A stretch of DNA of 64,000 bases from Rozella allomycis CSF55 (taxonomy: Eukaryota), in contig KE561047.1 in assembly GCA_000442015.1 (NCBI GenBank), forward strand, positions 79,341 to 143,340, in the 5' to 3' direction. A program made the position numbers and the translations under genes. Below the pieces are notes generated by a model. That model was not told where the DNA came from. It made no database searches and worked only from the letters and a program-made list of their open reading frames with translations. Position 1 is the stretch's first letter. Each line of letters begins with the position of its first letter. Positions 1-14,155 of this stretch are shown one piece after another.

Positions 1-440
1 TTGGTCCTTTCTATAAATAGTATCCTTTCTATAATTAGTATCAGAATAGAGATCCGTCAGGATTAAGAGATCCTTTGAGAATTATGACTCCTCTCTTTGA
101 TAATTATTCTAAGAAGTGATGAGAATTCCTGATGTGACAATTGAAGTGGGATGAGAATCCCCGGTACGACAATTGTCACTTATATCTCAGATCCACCGCA
201 AATGGTTGTTATATTTGTATTAGTTGCTATTAAAGGTATCCAAAGATTCTTATGTTGACCTTGATCTCCGACCTTACTACAGGTGTCCCCCCTGAGGGTC
301 GTAGTCGGTTTTCAGGTAACATCTTTGAGATCCATCAAGAATGGTTATAATATTCATGTTGATGAATGTTAAAGGTGTCGTATAAGCCTTATCTGGAGTT
401 TGATATCCGACCTTACTACAGGTGTCCCCCCATGGGCTAG
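1..440. repeat. Non-coding region with nested direct repeats, probable mobile-element terminus or relic
   Basis: TCCGACCTTACTACAGGTGTCCCCC at 267-291 and 406-430 (period 139 nt, weaker similarity upstream). Shorter duplications at 5-42 and about 112-176. No long ORF. Confidence 0.55.
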
Positions 441-721
441 GTACGACATTAGACATGGGTTATGATGGTAATCAAGGGATAACTATGTTGCTCAAACACA
501 ATACATTTGTAATCTAAAAGCAGTCTTCACCAACAAGATGTGCAGTCGCAACTGTGGTCAAGAATATGTGAATGGACATATATATATACTTTTAAAGGTT
601 AGAATTAGATGTATTTTTAAGTTTGCTATAATCCATAGATCCTTTGAGCTTACATCTATTAAAGAAGAAAACACAATTTTGAAATTTAAAGATATAAATT
701 ACGCAATTTCGAAATCATCAA

Positions 722-1137
722 ATGTCCAAAGAATTGAAAAGCAAGATAAAAGAGCGTTTGAAAGAAATAAGAGAAGAAATTCCAATTGAAGATCGAGTTT
801 TCGTAACTAGATGGTTAAACAAAATCCGCAAACCAGAATTTGTTGAAGTCACAAAGGAAAACGTTCTCAGTGATCGTTTGAGGGCTGAATACGAACATGT
901 ACCTATCAATTAGTATATATTTTTTCTAGGCATACTCAATTTACCCAAGATGTTTCAAAACTTATCCACGCAGAGCTACTCTTAGTTTTGTTGGTGGTGC
1001 CTTGACGTTCTTGACCATCTTTGTATTCAATGTTAACTATAACATGATTAACGTAATAATAATATAATTTTCGTGATCAGGGAACCACTCATCAAGCTCT
1101 CTCAAGAAATACAAGAAAGATCAAAAAATTGGAATAA
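722..1137 (+). CDS. Hypothetical 118-aa single-pass membrane protein, 3 exons
   Basis: Exons 722-898, 930-1052 and 1081-1137 join in frame via GT-AG introns of 31 and 28 nt. One hydrophobic segment. Confidence 0.55.
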
Positions 1138-1174
1138 ATTTGTTCTTGAATATTATAAGTGTTCATTTATTTAG

Positions 1175-1793
<619 letters not shown>

Positions 1794-1878
1794 ATTTTCC
1801 TGAAAATTCCTGGCCTCAAAGATTCATTAGAAAACTACAAATACAAAAAAGGAAGAAAAGAGATTTATATGTTTATGT

Positions 1879-2717
1879 CTAATTTAATGAATTAACCGTG
1901 TCATGTATCCAGTCAAGGAAACTTGAAATTTTTGTGTAGACACCGGGATACCCAACTCGACCACATTCTATATTAAACATAAGAAAATAATACCATATCC
2001 CCAGGAGACGATACCGACTATAAATATTTTCCCAGAGCTGTCTGTGACGAAGAGGCCACCGCCCGAATCTCCTTGACAAGTGTCTTTGTTTGCAACGTCT
2101 CCGCCTACACAAAGTTGCTTTCCCATGAAGAAATACTTTTCGTATATCCTCTTACAGATTGAAGGATTAACGATTGGGAGATTAACGAATAATAATGTGG
2201 ACGACAATACAGGTACGCCAAACTTTTGATATCCCCAGCCCAATGCCATTGTCTTGGTACCTTCTCTAGATAGATCACCTTTATCTAGCATTGCGAATTT
2301 CAAAGGCTCGTCATATGAGACAATTTTACGAAGCTTCCATACAGAAATATCGTTTTCATAGTTAACACCATTGTACTTTGGATGTCTTGAAATTTGCACA
2401 ACTGTGAACACTGTAGAATTTTCTGCAGTAGGTGGTAAGTTTATGTTATGTCTATGGACAAATACTCGCAAAGATGATATCGGACATGATGAAATTACAC
2501 AATGACCAGCAGATATGAGAATAGTGTCAGATATTAATGCACCCCCGCAAAAATGGTAACCCGAACATTGAATTGAGGCGGCAAAAGGAAAAATAAACGG
2601 GATCACTGGCTCTCCTCCCACTATTCTTTCATCTATATTCTGAGATATTAAGAAATGACAGGACGAAGATCCAAGAAGGCAAAACAGTAGCCCAGATAAG
2701 ATTAGTTTCGCTTTCAT
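1879..2717 (-). CDS. Secreted trypsin-like S1 serine protease
   Basis: Signal peptide, RIVGG activation site, SAGHC, NDI, DTCQGDSGG, PGVYTKI. One 26-nt intron. Confidence 0.93.
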
Positions 2718-2828
2718 GCAAATTATTGTAAAGCGAATGTATGTTATTGTTTGTTTTTTGTTATCTTTGTTATTGTTGAATAAAAGTCTAAATTTTTGTA
2801 TAAACGAGTAATTAATGAAGTTGATTTA

Positions 2829-4663
<1,835 letters not shown>

Positions 4664-4787
4664 GGCCAGAAAAATCCGGAATCCAAAAAGTGACACGTGA
4701 AACTAAATTCGGTCTTAAAAATGCTTTCAAGTTTCATCTAAAAATTAACTATATAATTTTATTTCTATTTAGTAACAATGGCCCCAA

Positions 4788-5874
4788 TTAATACGACAGC
4801 ATTTGGGCCTTAATTTCGTTCTTAACATTTTCACATAAAAGCAAATCTTCAAGGGACGAAATTTCATAGCGTCTATCTATTAGTTTTCTAAGTTCAATGC
4901 ATTCTGATTCTGTAAAATCGGTCATGGCACAGTCGATTATCTCACATTGTTTCACTGTTAAAATAAGTTTCTGTTTTAATGTTTGAAATAACATACTTTC
5001 TTGTTACGCACTTCGATGATCTGTTTAAATTCTGGGGTTCTACCCCACACCCATTTCCAACTATGAAGTTCATCATTGAAGGGGATTGAATCAGACAAAA
5101 TCTCCTGTTCGTCAACGTATTTTATCATTCAAATATATCAAAGTTATTTACTGAAATGATAGACTGTGTCTCTTTTAGTTTTTTTATAACGTGTTGGACA
5201 AAATCATCATGACGGAAATCCCAATTCCCTATTTCATTGATATTTATGCAAGGCGATGGGACGCTATGAATAGCCTTTGTATCGAAAAAGACTGTTTTCT
5301 CGCTCAAACAAGATCTTAACTGTGATAAATCTGAATTTCTTAAAAGAGTTCCATGATGGTAAGACGAATTGTTTGTAATTCTAAAAGCGGACCCTGAAAT
5401 CTTCGTATGTATATATCATTTCTTTTACTTTTTTGTCTTTGTAAACAACATCAAATCTTGAGTTTACACGGAAATCAACGTTTAAGGCGTCTGTTAATGT
5501 ATCAGCGAGAAGTTTCGATGCATGCGATCTGTCAAAGTCTTGACGAGGCCTTATCCAAGAATAGCAACTGTTCCCCAGATCCTGAAATACTATTTAATAT
5601 ATTTTGTGAATTACATGGTACACAGTTCCTCCTCCACTATATCTCCTCAAAATTGGCACTTCATTCTTTTTACAAAATTTAATGTTGCACTCTTGCCATA
5701 TATTCTGATAACTTTTAAATAATTAATTACTTGGTTTCTACCTACCACCAGACATGTTCTATTTCGGTACAGAAGAAAAGTATTTGCAATGTTTTTGAGT
5801 GATTTTTGAAACAGGAATTCTTCGTAGCCTAAATTTATAAAAGGATTTGTGCATTTTGATACAATTATGTTCAT
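4788..5874 (-). CDS. Lipoate-protein ligase A / lipoyltransferase
   Basis: NPFINLGYEE, VVGRNQN, RRYSGGGTVYHDLGN, KISGSAF, HHGTLL, SWKWVWGRTPEF. 5 introns, one apparently GT-TG. Confidence 0.88.
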
Positions 5875-5898
5875 AAGAATTCCAAGTTAGCCCCTTGC

Positions 5899-6631
5899 AT
5901 GGATATTCAAGAGGCTCAAAGTCGTTTAGCTACTGAAACATCATGTAAAGAGAGACTTTAAATTTTTTAGTGAAATATGTCGAGGAAGTAGATGCAGATA
6001 AAATCGATTCTCTTACTTTTCTTCGTTATGTTTCCAAAAATCAGCCGTTCATTGTTAAAAGTATGTGATTTTGATGTGTGTGAAGAAAAGATGGTATAAA
6101 AGAATGGGACGCTTATAAAAAGTGGGAAGTTGATTATCTTTCTGCAAGGCTATCTGATTCTGAGATTACAATTGCAGTGACACCTCTTGGCAATGCAGAC
6201 AGTGCCGTTGGAGAGTATTTTGTTTTACCAGAAGAGAAAAAGATGTCATTTGGTCATTTCATTCTCAATCTTGAGAAAAACAATGACCAAATACATTATT
6301 TGCAGTCACAAAATGATAATTTAAGTCAAGATGTATTTGCTGCGATAAGGAAGGATGTTCCTGAGAGCATTGAATTCGCTAGCGAAGCGCTTGATGCAAA
6401 ACCAGATGCAGTGAATTTGTGGATCGGAAACGAAAAGTCTACGACAAGCATGCATAAAGACCATTATGAAAATCTGTATGCTGTTGTTAGAGAATGCAAG
6501 ATATTTACACTTTATCCTCCCAATTATTATCCATTTTTACAAGGTAGAGGATATTTTCCTAAAAGAAAGAAAAGGTATTGAATGTGAGGAGATATAAATA
6601 TAATGGAGGGTGGCAAATCATTCCTGAAGTA
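5899..6631 (+). CDS. JmjC (cupin_8, JMJD7-like) hydroxylase, 5' part, truncated at contig gap
   Basis: VTPLGNADS, YLQSQNDNL, AVNLWIG, TSMHKDHYENLY. Ends at N 6632. Confidence 0.88.
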
Positions 6632-6632
6632 N

Positions 6633-9539
6633 GTCATGTGGATAGGATACTTTTCTGAATAGACTTGCAATAACTTGTGCTGGTTTTAATAAAGTATGCT
6701 CTGCCTTGGGAACTTGTGAATACTCTTCTTCTAGATTAGGCGCTCTACTCAAAGCATCTGCTAGGAAATTTTCCTTACCAGCTATATATGAAATTCGAAA
6801 ATTGAAATCAGAAAAAAACATAGCCCATCGTGCTTGCCGGCGATTCAAAATTTTTGAGGTCATGAAAAATGTTAAATTTTTATGATCAGTTTGTACTTCA
6901 ATACAGTCTTGAGCACCAACTAAATAATGGCGCCAAACTTGGAAACAGTCCTTTATGGCTAGTAATTCTTTGTCGTGGATTTCGTAGTTTAATTCTGCCG
7001 TTGAAAATTTTCTAGAATGATAGGCAACTGGATGTAGGATATTCTCTTCGTCCTTTTGTAACAATACACCACCCAAAGCGTAATCTGAAGCATCTGTTTG
7101 TACCACAAAAGACTTAGATAAATCGGGAAATTTTAAAATTGGCATTTCAATAAATTTCTGTTTTAACATTTTAAAAGAACTACTGCAATCACAATTCCAA
7201 TCATATTTTTCATTCTTCTTTAGTAAGTTTGTTAAAGGTATAATTAATTTAGAATAATTAGGAATAAATTTGCGATAGAAATTTGTAACACCTAAAAACC
7301 TTTGTAATTGTTTTAAATTCTTTGGTTCTCCCCAGTTCATTATACAATCAATTTTACTCTTATGCATTGACACACCGTTAACATTAATATCAAATCCAAG
7401 GAAATCCACTTCTGTCACATGAAAAAAACATTTCTGTAATTTCGCAAATAAATGATGTTCTCTTAATCTTTGTAAGACAGTCTTAACATGTATCTTATGA
7501 TCTTTTAATGATTTGAAAAATATCAAAATATCGTCTAAATAAATAACAACGTACAAGTCCAATAAATCGTGAAATATGGTATTCATCATTTTTTGAAAAA
7601 CTGATGGGGCATTACAAAGTCCAAATGGCATTACCTGGTATTCAAACTGGCCATATTTGGTCCTAAAAGCCGTTTTCCACTGATCTGATTTTGAAACTCT
7701 TATTAGATTATAGGCACTTTTAAGATCCATTTTTGTAAATATTTTAGCTCCTTTTAGATTATCCAGTAAATTCTGAATGAGCGGAATTGGATATCTGTTT
7801 TTAACTGTAATATCATTCAATTTTCTATAATCTACAACCAATCTTAAGCTTCCATCTTTTTTCTTTACGAACATAATTGGGGATGCTGCAGGTGATTTGC
7901 TAGCCACAATAAATTTCTTTTTTAAGTTCTCATCTAAGTACTTTTTTAATTCTTTTGATTCATCTTGGGACAAATTATAGATAGGTCCAAACGGTGGTTT
8001 GGCGTTCGGCATAAGTTCAATCGCAATATCAAACTCTGAATGTTCTGGTAGTACATCAGCCTTGGTTTCATTAAAAACATCTTGATATTCTTTGTAGTCT
8101 TCTGGAAGCAGAGTTTCTTTTGAGGAATTTGTTCGCAAAATGGAAGTTGTAGAAGTCTTAAAACGTTCAGAAGATTTAGAATGATTTTGATTAGATTTTG
8201 TGGACATGGCTTTGATAGAATTTGAATGAGGTTCAGTTTTATTAGGAATACACGAACTATAATTAGAAATAGATGTACTATTATTAGATATAGATGGTCT
8301 AGTATTAAGAATAGAAATCATATTTTTAGAAATAGATGACATGTCTTTTGAAATAGATGACATGTTTTTAGAAGTAAATACCATGCTTTTAGTCTTCCAA
8401 TTAATATTTGGATTAGTTTTCTTCAACCAATCCATTCCCAAAATAATATTAAAATGTGGACTTTCGATAATTTTAAATGTGTGTTGATGCTTCGTACCAT
8501 TGATTGTGAAAATTAAATCTTTACAGTGATGAGTAATCACCAACTGTTCTCCATCTACAGTTTGTACTGTTTCGCTTTTGTGCATAGCGTAGTTTGGTAT
8601 TTTATATGCTTCTACAAAAGCACGATCAATGAAGGATGCAGACGCACCAGAATCAATAAGCGCATTTGTAGATAAAGCACTAGAATTAAACATAGAAATA
8701 GAAATAGAAAAGACTAGATGGTAAGAAGTTAAATTATTCTTTATGGACTGCAATGAACAATCTTTTGCTAAATGACCTCTTTGTCTGCAACGAAAACATC
8801 GACCTTCCCTTTTACATTTTTCACGCCCTTCTGAGGTCAACTTTGATATTTTATTAAATGTGGCATCAATCATCATTGGTTCTGAAAAATTCTCTTCATC
8901 ATGCATCTGAGGCTGATTCACGTTTGATAATGATTTCATTGCATACATTTTATTTCTTAATTTTCTTTCCTCAATTAATAATAGTAAATTATAGAATTCT
9001 TGCAAAGTTTTTGGTTCATTGTGATATTCAAGAGTTTCTTTGATGTTTGGATTAAGAGACTTAAATACAAAAGCTTGTATGGCCTCATCATTAAATCCTG
9101 ATAATGGTGCAAGTCTCTGAAATTCAGCAATCAATGCACTCACCGACCTACGTCCTTGTTTCATTTCCATTATTTCTTGCTGAATAGCCATTTTGTTTTC
9201 TCTGAGACCAAATTGTCTTTTCAATTGTGACACAAAGTCTTCATAAGTTCTTAGGTCTTCATCAATCAACCAATATGATTCCAACCAGTTGGATACTGGC
9301 CCACGACAGTATGAAGCTGCATATATAATCTTCTTGTTATCCGTATTGTACATTTGATCATTTATGTCAAACACAAAACTTAATTGTCGTATAAAGGCTG
9401 AAAGTTTCTTTGGGTTTCCATAGAAATATTCTGGCTCGCTAATCTTAGCTAAATTGACTTTTCCAGGAGCTGCCATAAGTTTCTCAGATATCTGACTCAA
9501 TGCTTGAGTTTGTGCAATAAAATATTCTTGTAAATCCAT
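6633..9539 (-). CDS. Ty3/Gypsy gag-protease-RT-RNaseH polyprotein, single ORF, 3' end lost at gap
   Basis: Zn knuckle CFRCRQRGHLAKDC, protease LIDSGAS, RT YLDD, RNase H QTDASDYALGGVL and ADALSR. Confidence 0.96.
8241..8385 (-). repeat. 21-nt degenerate tandem repeat in the protease-RT linker
   Basis: About 6 units encoding SKNMSSI/SKDMSSI/SKNMISI-like heptads. Confidence 0.8.
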
Positions 9540-9560
9540 GTTGTTTTAGTCTTGTTAAAG

Positions 9561-9680
9561 TGTAAGAATTAATCAACTAATTAATATAGAGGAATAATAG
9601 TTATGTTAATAATCTGAATTAACAAGACTAGGGTCTTGTATTCAGTGAATTTATTTATATTGTTTTCTTAAGCTTCAATC
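9561..9680 (-). repeat. Partial 5' LTR with TATA box, ending ...CTTACA
   Basis: Minus-strand TATAAA at 9654-9659. Terminal CA at 9561-9562, followed 2 nt later by a PBS-like 12-mer and then the gag ATG at 9539. Confidence 0.75.
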
Positions 9681-9681
9681 N

Positions 9682-9972
9682 CTTATTATCCATTTTTAAA
9701 AGGTAGAGGATTTTTAACTAAAAGAAAGAAAAGGTATTGAATGTGGGGAGATATAAATATAATGGAGAGTGGGAAATTATTCCTGAAGTAAACGATGGAC
9801 AGCCAATGACGCTACCATGGATTACAGCTGATCCTGAGAATTTACAAAGAGATCTTCCTCCGCCATTAGTTGCTGTGGTTGAAGAAGGCGATCTCTTTTA
9901 CTTGCCATCGTTGTGGTATCATAAAGTAGAACAAGATGGATTTACTGTTGCAGTGAACTATTTGTTAAAATG
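9682..9972 (+). CDS. JmjC protein 3' part (second, slightly divergent copy overlapping 6525-6631)
   Basis: GDLFYLPSLWYHKVEQ...AVNY. First ~110 nt are near-identical to 6525-6631 with several substitutions. Confidence 0.8.
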
Positions 9973-9973
9973 N

Positions 9974-11426
9974 TCACCCCCTCTTTTTGGTTGTCGTTTC
10001 GTCTTGTGATATTGATCGATTAAAGGCAAATGTTTCGTGAGTGTCTCAGGTGTTTCCCAGCTTCTTTCTGATGGAGGTTGATTTTTCCATTGAATTAAGT
10101 AATGTAATTTTTCATTTATAAATTTAGAATCTACTATATAATCTGGCTGTAATTCATTATCAGCATTGACTAATATAGGGTAATCCTGGAATTTTTTCTT
10201 TGTGAAAAATTGTTTTGAGGGATAATAAGGCTCCAATAAAGATACATAAAACACATTGTGGATATGATAATCTGGTGGAAGTTTGAGCTTGTAGGTAACT
10301 TCATTTATTTTTTCTACAATAGTAAAAGGTCCAATGAATGGGAAATCCAATTTCTTACATGGTCGCGTGGATTTTATGTTGTCTGTTTTCAAAAATACTT
10401 TGTCTCCTATATTGTAGAGTTTCAATAAACGCTTATTGTTTGCATGTTTTGCTTGTTCTTCCTGACTTTTCTTTATTGAATTCAATAAATATTTGTTAAC
10501 TCTCTTTAAATTCATTATAATGTTTTCTGCTTTAGGGACTGTTGAAACAAATGACGGGCAAAGATCAATGGATGGATGAAAACCATAATTAGCAAAAAAT
10601 GGTGTTAATTGCGTTGAGGCTTGAACAGTATTGTTATATGTGAATTCTGCAAAATAAAGCAATTCTGACCAATTTGTTTGTTCAAAATTAACATATGCTC
10701 TTAAATATTGTTCAAGAATCTGATTCGTTCTTTCAGTCTGACCATCGGTTTCCGGGTGAAATGCTGTGGATAATGCTGGTTTACAATTCAATAATTCCCA
10801 AAAACGCTTCCAAAATTTAGAGATGAATTGAGGGCCTCGATCAGAGATTATTGATTGTGGAACTCCATGAATTCGAAAAATATTTTTCATGTATAACTCT
10901 GCCGTTTGATGAGCCGTTATTGTTTTAGAACAGGGCAAAAAATGAGCCATTTTTGTCAGACGATCCACGATTACACAAATAGAGTCCATTTTACTACTTA
11001 GAGGTAAATCAGTGATAAAGTCCAAAGAAATAGAAGTCCAGGGTTTTTTTGAAAGAGGAATATTTTGAAGTAGACCATATTTAAGATGTTTAGGCTTTTT
11101 AATCATTTTGCAAGTAATACATGATTTAATATAATGCAGAATATATTTCTTCATTTGTGGCCAATAAAAATCTCGATTAACTAAATCATAAGTTTTTCGA
11201 AAACCAAAGTGTCCTCCCAATAAACTATCATGTCTTGTATTAAGTATATCTAACTTAAGTTCGTTGTCATCTGGTACATAAATTGAACTATTTTTGAATA
11301 AAAGATTGTTTTGAATAGAAAATAAAGGATACTTTTCAGGATGCTTTTTAACATTTTGAAAAATATTAGTTGAAGAAATTTGTGATTTAATCCTTTCTAT
11401 TAGAGCACTTTGTTGATTTTGAGATG
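9974..11426 (-). CDS. Retrotransposon integrase with C-terminal chromodomain
   Basis: HHCC Zn motif, SLDFITDL, SDRGPQF, TERTNQ (DDE), GPF motif, YLIQWKN..SWE. Ends in purine tract AAAAAGAGGGGGTGA. Confidence 0.95.
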
Positions 11427-11825
11427 NAAACGGTAGATGAAGGTCAGTAGCGATAGAAGAAAGGGGTAAAATGAAATTCATATCGATTAAATTTTATATT
11501 TAATCACAATTTCTATGGCTTTTTGAAACTAATGTCAAAACAGTTTTGTGTGAAGAAATTTATTGTGAATNCAGGGTATAAGAAGGGATCGGAAAATAAA
11601 TAGAAAATACGTTACTACTCAACTCTTTTCTAAGTTTTTAATTAGTTTTCTTTATTAATTGAATAATAATAATAAGAAAAATCAAATCAATCAATCCTAA
11701 AGAAACTACATTTATTAATTTTAAGACTATTGGTATGACATGCATTTTGGGATCAACTATCATTATTTCCAGTTCTTGAAAAGCATTTCAAATTAGATAT
11801 AAAATTATAGATAAATTAATCAATT

Positions 11826-13621
11826 TTATTCTATTGGTTGAGGTTGTAATGAGAGGAAATGTAAAATAAATTGAATCTTTTTCTTTTCCATAAATTTAAC
11901 ATCTGAGAGGGGCCTTATCAATACCGATGCGAAGATTGTTGCGATTTCTTCAACACTAATGGATTGATTCTCTTGATACAAAATTTCTCTTGCTAATGAA
12001 GTTAGATAAACAAAAGTGTTATAATGCTCCACGGGGAACTTTTGAACAATCTGTGCGTTAAAATCTATAAATTTACTAATCTGCATGCCGTGTAATTCTG
12101 AGAAGATTCAAGGCATAGAATTTCCCATTGATGTGGAACAACAGGGTCTGGCAGAGTTTCTAGAAATCGAATCAAACACTCGCACATTGATAAAACGCTC
12201 TCTATTTTATTCTAATTAAATTTTATGTTGTTCTTTACAGGAAGATTGAATGGCTCTCCTGTATCTAAGCATTCTCTANAACTTCTGAGAGGGGTTTTAT
12301 CAATACCGACGCGAAAATGGTTGCGATTTCTTTAACACTAATGGATTGATTCTCTTGATACAAAATTTCTCTTGCTAATGAAGTTAGATAAACAAAAGTG
12401 CTATAATGCTCCACGGGGAACTTTTGAACAATCTGTGCGTTAAAATCTATAAATTTACTAATCTGCATGCCGTTTAATTCTGAGAAGATTCAAGGCATAG
12501 AATTTCCCATTGATGTGGAACAACAGGGTCTGGCAGAGTTTCTAGAAATCGAATCAAACACTCGCACATTGATAAAACGCTCTCTATTTTATTCTAATTA
12601 AATTTTATGTTGTTCTTTACAGGAAGATTGAATGGCTCTCCTGTATCTAAGCATTCTCTAATGTAGTCTACCATGCCTTGTTCACCAGGAATTGTGAAAA
12701 GCCCTTCAGTCTTCAATCCAAAGTTATAAATGTAGTCCACCATTCGCCATATTTCTTTTGGTATATCTAATGGGGCGCTTCCTTTCTTTGGCCTTGACCT
12801 GACTGGCCCATGTATATGAACCAGGGTTGATAATGGCATTCCAAAGCAGGTTGGTTGAAAGTCACCAGAGACAGTCACAAAGAAGTCTTTGCCATTCTCT
12901 AAATTTAAAATAACGATATCTTCAATCTTGTCTGTTTGACTATTCAAGGCAGCAACAGTCTCATTTGTAATATTAACAACAAACGAAATGGGAATCGAAT
13001 CCCCTGGTAGAAGCATCCCAAATGCAGGCGTCACATTTAACCAAGGCTTGCAAAAGGTCTTATCGTTTAATTTGGGAACGAATCTAAAGGACACAATAAC
13101 CTTTTATGTAAAGATTAATAATCGTACGGGTCCAACATTAGAAAGAGTAATTTTCATAGTTTTTGGTCTTTTGTAATACACGCTGTCGTATATCAAAGTG
13201 TTCTTGTCCAAAGTTGCATCAGGCAGAGACTCATTTTCAAACTTGTCCAACGCTCTAATAACATTCTGATGAACTTTATCATATTTTTCCTTGTCTATTA
13301 ATTTAATCATTCAAAATAAAAACTAAAAATTACTTTGATGTTGAAAGAAGCGCTCACGGGTTTATGGTCACTCATTTTCAAACTTGGATGTGATTGATAT
13401 GATAGGTTCTCAACATCATCATTCTTACACCACAAAATTCGATCACACCACGAAGGAGTCCTTCGTTTCTCACAAAAATAAATATAAAATTAAAATTTTA
13501 CGATGTGTCGTAATTGTCTGTGCCAGGGTCAAATTTGTAACTTGGCGGGAAAGTTATTTGGGCTTCCTGGAATTGCTGAAATACCAAGTTTGCCCTTTTC
13601 TCTTTTAAAAGCAAATAATAT
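11826..13621 (-). CDS. OCRL/INPP5B inositol 5-phosphatase, C-terminal half (phosphatase end, ASH, RhoGAP-like), two overlapping contig copies
   Basis: [43 protein letters not shown]. About 11900-12278 duplicates 12280-12660. The second copy has TAA at 12474-12476 where the first has TAC. Confidence 0.85.
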
Positions 13622-13622
13622 N

Positions 13623-14058
13623 AATGCCTTGTTCAGTAGGAATTGTGAATAGCCCTTCAGTCTTCAATCGAAAGTTATAAATGTAGTCCAGCATTCGCCA
13701 AATTTCTTTCGGTATATCTAATGGAGCGCATCCTTTCTTAGATGTTTGCCTGATAGGGCTCCGCAGCAAACAAACAAACACAAATTACTTGGATTCTAAA
13801 TTTAGAATAACGATATCTTCGATCTTGTCTGTTTGACTATTCAGCGCAGCAACAGTCTCATTTGTAATAGTAACAACAAACGAAATGTGAATGGAATCCC
13901 CTGGTAGAAGCATACCAAACGCAGGCGTCACATTTAACCAAGGCTTGCAAAAGCTCTTATCGGTTTATTTGGGAACGAATCTAAACTAAAAAGAGTAATT
14001 TTCATAGTTTTGGGTCGTTTGTAATACATGATGTCGTGTATCAAAGTATTCTTGTCTC
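13623..14058 (-). pseudogene. Degenerate OCRL ASH-domain fragment
   Basis: Similar to about 12670-13210 with internal deletions and substitutions. Confidence 0.8.
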
Positions 14059-14155
14059 ATTTAATCAAATATATGTCATCATTTATTCTTTAATCCTTTC
14101 GTACATTTGATTCCTTTTCCATTACATATTCCGAATTTTCAGATATTATTTTTTG

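Larger units (their letters stand above)
6633..11426 (-). mobile_element. Ty3/Gypsy chromovirus (Tf1/sushi-like) LTR retrotransposon in two mis-ordered contigs (6633-9680 and 9974-11426)
   Basis: gag-pol plus 5' LTR end on one contig, integrase-chromodomain plus PPT on the other. Both are bounded by N joins. Confidence 0.88.

Noticed and set aside
112-176. Hammerhead ribozyme or C/D snoRNA from TGATGA/CTGATG motifs
   Set aside because: No complete CUGANGA plus GAAA core with stems, and no convincing box C/D pairing.
5899-11426. Retrotransposon inserted into the JmjC gene, with integrase upstream of gag
   Set aside because: Every junction is an N join (6632, 9681, 9973, 11427). Order and nesting reflect scaffolding, and no TSD is visible.
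11900-12660. Real tandem exon duplication in OCRL
   Set aside because: The two near-identical copies meet at N 12279. They are probably alleles or paralogs placed side by side.
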